DNA of 23,221 nucleotides from Pseudobdellovibrionaceae bacterium (lineage in GTDB: Bacteria > Bdellovibrionota > Bdellovibrionia > Bdellovibrionales > Bdellovibrionaceae): assembly GCA_041288045.1 (NCBI GenBank), contig JBGGMM010000105.1, positions 1 to 23,221 on the forward strand, given 5' to 3'. This document shows positions 17,498 to 23,221 of this stretch, in pieces. Below the pieces are notes generated by a model. The model was given only the letters and a program-made list of their open reading frames with translations. It had not been told where the DNA came from and made no database searches. Position 1 is the first letter of the stretch. The number at the start of each line of letters is the position of its first letter. The translations under genes and the position numbers were made by a program.

Positions 17498-18973
17498 TCA
17501 CATCGGAGGAACAACAAAATCTGGCTTAAACTCGTGCACGGGTTTGAAAAGACAGACTTTGTTGCCACCACGACTTGCAATGAATTCCAAGGCCTTGGAC
17601 GCTGAAACTTCGAGATCCGAAGCCCCTGTGCTCAGCGAGGGGTACTCGCTCACTCCGCAGCTGATTGTCACTTTCAAATCATTGATGGCAAAAGTATGCC
17701 CTTCGATAATTCGTCGAAGCCTCTCAGCCCTGAGAGCTGCGCCCTTGCGAGCGCAATGGGGAAGAATCAGAGAAAATTCATTGTCCTCTGTTCGACAAGC
17801 CATATCGTTCACTCGGCTTGTCTTTTTCACAATGGAAGCAATCGTGCGCAAAATCAAATCGCGATTGCTTCGACCAAAACTTTGTTCCATTTCTGCCAGG
17901 TGATCTATGCTCAAGCGGATCACTGACACTGCTTTTTCCAGTCTTCTGGACCGGGCAATTTCTTCTTCAATCTTTTTCAAGAAATAGTTTCGATTGTAGA
18001 GCTCAGTCACGGAATCAAAAATATCCAGAGCTTCGCTCCGCTTGATCAAATGGGCTTGCTGATAGAGCAATTGAAAAACCAAAAAATCATTTTCGATCTG
18101 CTGAAAATGAAAATCCAGATTTCCCCAGAAAATAAAAAGCCCATCCAAGGCCTGGTGAACCGGCACCGGTTTGGAAAAATACTGACGAACTTTCAGCCCT
18201 TCGTTCATCAGTTCCTGAAGGGCCCTGGGAACTTCGCCAGCGCTCAGAGAATCCAGCAGATTTTTAGTCTCTTCAGGAGTGAGGCGCGAACCCACGCCTT
18301 TGATCGATTCGATGTCGATTCCTTGCGCTGATGTAGCGACAAAAGAGCTCACTGTTGCGAGAAATTTAAAATAAATTCCTTTGCAGGGAAGCGACTTGAG
18401 AAAAATTTCAAGGTAATCATCTTTGGAATTGGCATTTTGATAAATCGCCATTTTATCGACAAAAGGAACTTCGCGAACAATCGGCTTACGCGACTCTAAG
18501 TCGTGAATCCTTTTTTGTAATTGCGAAGCTTGAAAGCGCACATCTTCGCTTTTCTTGAGAAGCTCTTCATTCTGGTAGGTTCGATAAAGCGTTTCACAGA
18601 CCTGATCCACAGCCCAAACACTTCGAACTGGCACCTGTTCGCCACTTGGGATCATCGAAGCGAAATTGTATTCACGGTACTCATTTAATGTATCGGACTG
18701 CGCCGCAGGTGCCACACAGGCGAATTGCACTTCGCTATTGGCCTCGAGCACTTGCGAAACGAAATCACTCAGAGAAGAATCCAAAGCTTCGACCGAAAAC
18801 AGCACAACATGCGGAGCTGCTTCTTTCAATCGCTGCAACAGCAGATCCTGGTCAATGAAAATGAAAGATTCATATCCGGCTTCGACAAAAGCGCCTTTGA
18901 TGGCCGTGTTTTCATCCGCATCCGGAAAGAAAATAAAAACTGTGAATTGAGAACGCAGTTCCTTTAAATTCAC
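17498..18973 (-). CDS. Degenerate GGDEF protein (EDNEF, intact RxxD I-site) with N-terminal pseudo-receiver domain; probable CdgA-like c-di-GMP receptor
   Basis: DSVTELYNRNYF and RVNDMACRTEDNEF; VTISCGVSEYP; KALEFIASRGGNKV. The N-terminal REC-like fold has Ser at the expected phospho-Asp position (PHVVLFS). GTGA overlap with the kinase. Confidence 0.85.
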   Translation of the reverse strand: MNLKELRSQFTVFIFFPDADENTAIKGAFVEAGYESFIFIDQDLLLQRLKEAAPHVVLFSVEALDSSLSDFVSQVLEANSEVQFACVAPAAQSDTLNEYREYNFASMIPSGEQVPVRSVWAVDQVCETLYRTYQNEELLKKSEDVRFQASQLQKRIHDLESRKPIVREVPFVDKMAIYQNANSKDDYLEIFLKSLPCKGIYFKFLATVSSFVATSAQGIDIESIKGVGSRLTPEETKNLLDSLSAGEVPRALQELMNEGLKVRQYFSKPVPVHQALDGLFIFWGNLDFHFQQIENDFLVFQLLYQQAHLIKRSEALDIFDSVTELYNRNYFLKKIEEEIARSRRLEKAVSVIRLSIDHLAEMEQSFGRSNRDLILRTIASIVKKTSRVNDMACRTEDNEFSLILPHCARKGAALRAERLRRIIEGHTFAINDLKVTISCGVSEYPSLSTGASDLEVSASKALEFIASRGGNKVCLFKPVHEFKPDFVVPPM

Positions 18974-21075
18974 AACCTCTCTCCTGGTCTGCGGATGGCC
19001 ACTTGCACTTCATCCAAGGCCGAAGATTTTTTCTTGATCTCAATGTTTGGCTTGTCAATTTTCGCTGAAAATCCGCCCTTCTTGGCATTGATTTTCGTTG
19101 GCGAATCCAAAAGCACAGGAACCGGTTCTTCTTCTTGTCGAGGCTGAGCAGGCGCTGGCGTCGGTGTTGTCGTCGCTGGCGCAACTGCTGCCACTTTGTC
19201 GATGAAATTTTCTGGCTTCGGCATTTCTGGCATATCCATCGGCTCATCTTCAATCAGTCTTTCAATCGAGTTGTCGACGAGGATTGGATCGAGAGCCATT
19301 CTTTCCGTTTTGTTTTTTGCCGAAAAATCCAATTTCACTTCTGTTGTCGGAGCTGCCGCTGCTGGTTTCGCGGGCGCTCTTGGGACGACAGGAGTTGGTT
19401 TCTCGTTGGGGGCAGCTGCTGCGTGCAAGGCTGTTTGCGGGTTGAAAATCACTTTCACTGTTGTGCCTTTGCCCTTTTCCGAATCCACCTGCACTTCGCC
19501 GAAAATTTCTCTAAAAATTCCCAAAGCTGTCGAAAGACCAAGGCCCACGTGCTGACTGCCACTGCGAGTGGTGAAGAAAGGATCAAAGATTTTTCCCAAA
19601 TCCGTCGCCGAAATCCCCTCACCCGTATCGGCGAGACTGAGAAGAATGGAAGAACCCTCAGGCCGTAAAATCACCGTCATTTCTTTTTTCGGCGCTCTTT
19701 CCATGGCCTCAATCGAATTCAAAAGCAGATTCTCAATGGCTTTGACGACAAGATCTCCTGACATTGTGAAATGAGGAACTGAATCGATTTGCTTCGTGAG
19801 CTTAATTCCTTTGGAAAGGACTTTACCTTCCACATTTTTCAAAGCTTTCTGTAAAACCGTGTCCAGCCCCATTTTTTGCGAGGGCAATTTGTCTTCGCCA
19901 GCAAAAATCAAAAGTTTTTGAATGATGTCTCGAGCTGAGCGTGCTTCATTTTCTATTTGCTCTAAATGAGCTTGTGCTCCTTCACCTGTTTGCTGCCGAG
20001 CCACTTGAGCATGTCCCAAAATCGCTGTCAGCGGTGGTTTCAGTTCGTGAGACAAACTGGAGGCCACTTGCGTGTAAGCTTTCATTCTCTCAGTCCCAGA
20101 CGGGAGAGAATCACTATTCACTGAAGCCGGAGCTGGGGCCGCTGGCGCCAGATAGGAAGGTTGCGAAGACGCTGGCGCTGAAGGCCGTCGACGACCGCCG
20201 CTGCGATCCTGCAAGACGAAAATGGCCAGGCCAACCATCGCAAGCCCCATTCCCATTAGAGCCAATTGCCAGCGAACGGATTCTCGATCTGCCAAAAGAC
20301 TTTTCAAAGGCGTGGTGATCACAGCATAGATGTTGGTGTTCTCGACTTGTTCATAGAGACCCTGAACCGACTCACCCTTCAGGTCTCGAAAAGTTCCAAA
20401 ACCACTTCCCACCGACGATTTCATCAGCTCACTGACCAAAGGATCTTCAGTCAAAAGATTGCCGACGTACTCTTGTGTGGTGTGTCCCAATGCCTGACCT
20501 TGCAGGTTGACCAAAAACACATTGCTCTTCTGACCGGTTTGCCGATCCATCAAGCTTTGAAAAACTTCTGTTCCTAAAAGACCAGCGTACCAATTGGAAG
20601 TCCCTCGAGCCAAAAGCAGCAAAAAAGGTTTTCGCGAAGGATCCATCAAAGAATAAACATTGGCAGAACCAGGCCGAACATCGCTCTCTTTGATGGTTTT
20701 CAAAGCCAAAGTGACATAGGCCGACGCCCATGATTTTGTTGGTGAGCCTTCTTGATAAAAGCTGGAAACCACTTGCCAATCTTTTTTATCATCTTTGCGA
20801 TTGGGCGGCAGAATTTTGGACATCATTTGAAAGCGACTGTAAGGGCGATTCGCCGAAAAATCTTTCTTTGCAGTTTCCACTTCTGAATAGCTGAGAAAAA
20901 GAATGTTGCGTAAATTCTGAATGTCTCTGTCGATGGCGTGGGCAAGTGCGGTCATTTGTGCCCGTGACTGGGCCTCGGCCCAAGCAAGCTTGTCACCAAA
21001 CATCATGTGGTCCACGCGCCAAACAACTGTGACGACGAAGACGGCAAAAGTCAGAAAGAAGAGGATTGCACGCAT
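18970..21075 (-). CDS. Membrane sensor histidine kinase (periplasmic Cache-like sensor, HisKA, HATPase_c) with Pro/Ala-rich C-terminal tail
   Basis: Two TM segments; H-box SLSHELKPPL; N-box NLLLNSIEAM; G1 DTGEGI; F-box FDPFFTT; G2 GLGLS. Confidence 0.9.
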   Translation of the reverse strand: MRAILFFLTFAVFVVTVVWRVDHMMFGDKLAWAEAQSRAQMTALAHAIDRDIQNLRNILFLSYSEVETAKKDFSANRPYSRFQMMSKILPPNRKDDKKDWQVVSSFYQEGSPTKSWASAYVTLALKTIKESDVRPGSANVYSLMDPSRKPFLLLLARGTSNWYAGLLGTEVFQSLMDRQTGQKSNVFLVNLQGQALGHTTQEYVGNLLTEDPLVSELMKSSVGSGFGTFRDLKGESVQGLYEQVENTNIYAVITTPLKSLLADRESVRWQLALMGMGLAMVGLAIFVLQDRSGGRRRPSAPASSQPSYLAPAAPAPASVNSDSLPSGTERMKAYTQVASSLSHELKPPLTAILGHAQVARQQTGEGAQAHLEQIENEARSARDIIQKLLIFAGEDKLPSQKMGLDTVLQKALKNVEGKVLSKGIKLTKQIDSVPHFTMSGDLVVKAIENLLLNSIEAMERAPKKEMTVILRPEGSSILLSLADTGEGISATDLGKIFDPFFTTRSGSQHVGLGLSTALGIFREIFGEVQVDSEKGKGTTVKVIFNPQTALHAAAAPNEKPTPVVPRAPAKPAAAAPTTEVKLDFSAKNKTERMALDPILVDNSIERLIEDEPMDMPEMPKPENFIDKVAAVAPATTTPTPAPAQPRQEEEPVPVLLDSPTKINAKKGGFSAKIDKPNIEIKKKSSALDEVQVAIRRPGERL

Positions 21076-21131
21076 TTCTATCTTTAATTGTGTTGGACTC
21101 TCTGGTCTAAATCAAGCTATGAGAGACGGCC

Positions 21132-22754
21132 ATGGACGTTTCCCGCAGTGACTTTTTAGTGATTGGATCTGGCCTCGCAGGGCTTGCATTCGCTTTGAAA
21201 GCGGCCGAACTTGGCAAAGTTACCATCGTCACCAAAGATCAAGCGCCTTCTGCCAACACAGCTTGGGCTCAAGGAGGCATCGCCGCCGTCATGTCTCCTG
21301 AAGACAGTTTTGAGAGTCACATCTATGACACAATGCGTGCCGGGGCGGGTCTTTGCAAGTCGGACGTCGTTCGAGATTACATCACTCAAGCCCCTGATCG
21401 AATTCAAGATTTGCTGAACTGGGGAGTTCAATTTGACCTTCAAGATGGAACTCAAAAAGTCTCTTTGACGCGCGAGGGCGGGCACACCACCAGGCGCATC
21501 CTCCACTTTGAAGATCATACAGGATTGCAAATTCACCAGGCTCTTCTGAGGCGTTGCTTGGAGAATCCAAACATTGTGATCAAGGAGCAGCACTTCGGAA
21601 TCGATCTGATTCTCAACCGCCAAGTGGATCCCAATGAAATGTCGGCTTCTCGCTGCTTGGGAGCTTACGTTCTGAACAAACTCTCAGGTGAAGTTTCAGC
21701 TGAATTGGCAAAAACCACGGTTCTCTCCACAGGCGGAGCCGGCAAAGTCTATCTTTACACTTCCAACTGGAGTGGCGCCACCGGTGATGGAATCGCCATG
21801 GCCTATCGAGCCGGTGCCCGGATTGCCAATTTGGAATTCATGCAGTTTCACCCGACTTGCTTGTATCACAAAGAATCACGCAACTTTCTGATCAGCGAAG
21901 CTTTGCGCGGTGAAGGTGGCGAACTGATCAATGCTCAAGGCGTGGCCTTCATGAAAAAGTATCACGAGATGGGAAGCCTCGCCCCTCGTGACATCGTCGC
22001 CAGATCCATCGATGCGGAAATGAAACGAAGTGGTGAGCCCTGCGTGTTTCTCGATATGCGCAAGCATTCACGCGAGTATTTGAAAGTCCGCTTTCCAGTG
22101 ATTTTCAGTAAGTGTCTGGAATTTGGCATTGATATGTCCGAACAACCGATTCCTGTTGTCCCTGCCGCTCACTATCTCTGCGGCGGAGTTTGGTCCGATC
22201 CCAACGGTCAAACCGACATTGGCTCGCTTTGGGCCTTGGGCGAAACCGCCTGCACGGGTCTTCATGGCGCCAATCGCCTGGCCTCTAATTCTTTGCTTGA
22301 ATGTTTAGCCATGGCTCACAATTGCTTCGAAGATTTGTCACGAAACTGGTCTGAATATGAAATGCCCTTAGTGGACCCTCCCGAATGGATTTACCCCCAA
22401 GAATCCAACGATGATGAAATGATCGTCATCTCTCACATGTGGGACGAAATTCGCCGCTTGATGTGGAATTATGTGGGCATCGTTCGTTCCGACAAGCGCT
22501 TGTTGCGAGCCGCCCATCGAATGGAAAACATTCTTTCCGAAGTGAAAGAGTATTATTCGAATTTCAAAATTCATTCGGACATTCTCGAACTTCGAAATAT
22601 CGCAATTGTCGCTGATCTCTCTATCCGCTGCGCTCTCTTACGCAAAGAATCCCGCGGCATTCATTACAATCTCGATTACCCCTGGGCCGGCTGGACCGAG
22701 CAAGACCGCACTGCCGGACACTCCAAAGACACCATCGTTTTCCGCGGACTTTAA
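21132..22754 (+). CDS. nadB: L-aspartate oxidase
   Basis: GSGLAGL, AQGGIAA, REGGHTTRRILH, QFHPT, LISEALRGEGG, LAPRDIVAR, PAAHYLCGG, HGANRLASNSLLE, ESRGIHY. Confidence 0.96.
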   Translation: MDVSRSDFLVIGSGLAGLAFALKAAELGKVTIVTKDQAPSANTAWAQGGIAAVMSPEDSFESHIYDTMRAGAGLCKSDVVRDYITQAPDRIQDLLNWGVQFDLQDGTQKVSLTREGGHTTRRILHFEDHTGLQIHQALLRRCLENPNIVIKEQHFGIDLILNRQVDPNEMSASRCLGAYVLNKLSGEVSAELAKTTVLSTGGAGKVYLYTSNWSGATGDGIAMAYRAGARIANLEFMQFHPTCLYHKESRNFLISEALRGEGGELINAQGVAFMKKYHEMGSLAPRDIVARSIDAEMKRSGEPCVFLDMRKHSREYLKVRFPVIFSKCLEFGIDMSEQPIPVVPAAHYLCGGVWSDPNGQTDIGSLWALGETACTGLHGANRLASNSLLECLAMAHNCFEDLSRNWSEYEMPLVDPPEWIYPQESNDDEMIVISHMWDEIRRLMWNYVGIVRSDKRLLRAAHRMENILSEVKEYYSNFKIHSDILELRNIAIVADLSIRCALLRKESRGIHYNLDYPWAGWTEQDRTAGHSKDTIVFRGL

Positions 22755-22789
22755 TTGAAAGGTCTGTCGTCGGAATCGGTCGACAGAGT

Positions 22790-22941
22790 GGCAGATTCCG
22801 GACTGTGGTTCTCGCGACGTTCAGAAAACTCCGCGGCAGATTTTTTCTGAAACGAAAGTTCGTGGTGCCGATCCGGCTGAGATCAGAAAACACCGCGGCA
22901 GATTCCGGCCAGTAGTTCTCGCGATGTTCAGAAAACACTGC
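22790..22941. repeat. Three-unit degenerate direct-repeat cluster (GGCAGATT...TCAGAAAACWCYGC)
   Basis: Units at 22790-22834 (45 nt), 22835-22896 (62 nt) and 22897-22941 (45 nt); units 1 and 3 are identical at 39 of 45 positions. Confidence 0.8.
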
Positions 22942-23156
22942 ATTATAAATTATTATTTAGAAAATATTCTTTGACAGTGTTTTTGCTGGAATTCTTTTTC
23001 TGCAAATGATTTTTTGATTCACCTCTATTCACCCTTTATCAGCACAGATCGGCTCTCTGTGAGCTTTGTCTTGACACATGCAAGAAGCGTGGTGTTTTTT
23101 CTTTTGCCTTCTTTCTTAGTTTAAATGCTTAAGCAAAAATCACTTTTAAAAACCCA

Positions 23157-23165
23157 TGCTATGTT
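23157..23165 (+). promoter_or_regulatory. Possible extended -10 promoter for the gene starting at 23187
   Basis: TGcTATGTT (TGn + TATAAT-like) in an AT-rich tract, followed by an AGGCAGGA SD-like sequence. Confidence 0.3.
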
Positions 23166-23186
23166 GTTTTTGAAAAGGCAGGAATT

Positions 23187-23221
23187 ATGAATCTAAAAAA
23201 ATTATCTGATGAAAGCTTGCT
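23187..23221 (+). CDS. 5' end of a gene running off the window (MNLKKLSDESL...); possibly a multicopy DUF222-like/HNH endonuclease
   Basis: ATG preceded by SD-like AGGCAGGA. Only 11 complete codons are visible. The family guess rests on recalled MNLKxLSDxxLL-type N-termini and is weak. Confidence 0.45.
   Translation, partial: MNLKKLSDESL

Noticed and set aside
17488..17580. Longer alr start given in the ORF track
   Set aside because: It overlaps the GGDEF gene. GTG 17487 has a good SD and gives a normal-length Alr.
17498..18973. Active diguanylate cyclase
   Set aside because: The GG(D/E)EF active site is replaced by EDNEF.
22621..22938. 105-aa - strand ORF across the repeats
   Set aside because: It overlaps the nadB 3' end antisense, derives from the repeat sequence, and has no protein-like features.
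22790..22941. CRISPR or TIGR array interpretation
   Set aside because: There are only about three units with unequal periods (45/62/45), two inserts are near-identical, and no cas or Nop-domain gene is visible.

Overview
Core-chromosome-like region, most likely from a Bdellovibrionota predator. The taxonomy is an inference from gene content: a secreted-type SH3/lytic transglycosylase, an xxNEF degenerate GGDEF protein resembling CdgA, and a GYF-TPR membrane protein. From left to right: a 5'-truncated SH3b + SLT-like protein and a thioesterase (+); a highly structured 459-bp intergenic region; phnDCE (-); HAD phosphatase-rsmI-hrpB (+); a tightly coupled 10-gene operon (-) of histidine kinase, degenerate GGDEF, alr, mlaEFD, purH, GYF-TPR, a hypothetical gene and cysE; nadB (+); then a short repeat cluster, an AT-rich tract and the first codons of a gene (MNLKKLSDESL...) at the right edge. 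The best leads are: (1) a long MlaD with a C-terminal beta-rich domain, a candidate trans-envelope lipid bridge; (2) a kinase/pseudo-receiver-EDNEF c-di-GMP receptor/GYF-TPR signalling module; (3) a TCAGAAAAC-based mini repeat array upstream of a possible HNH-family gene, with a related copy 21 kb away; (4) structured RNA/REP-like elements at 1860-2182. No rRNA, tRNA, CRISPR-cas or transposase was recognised.
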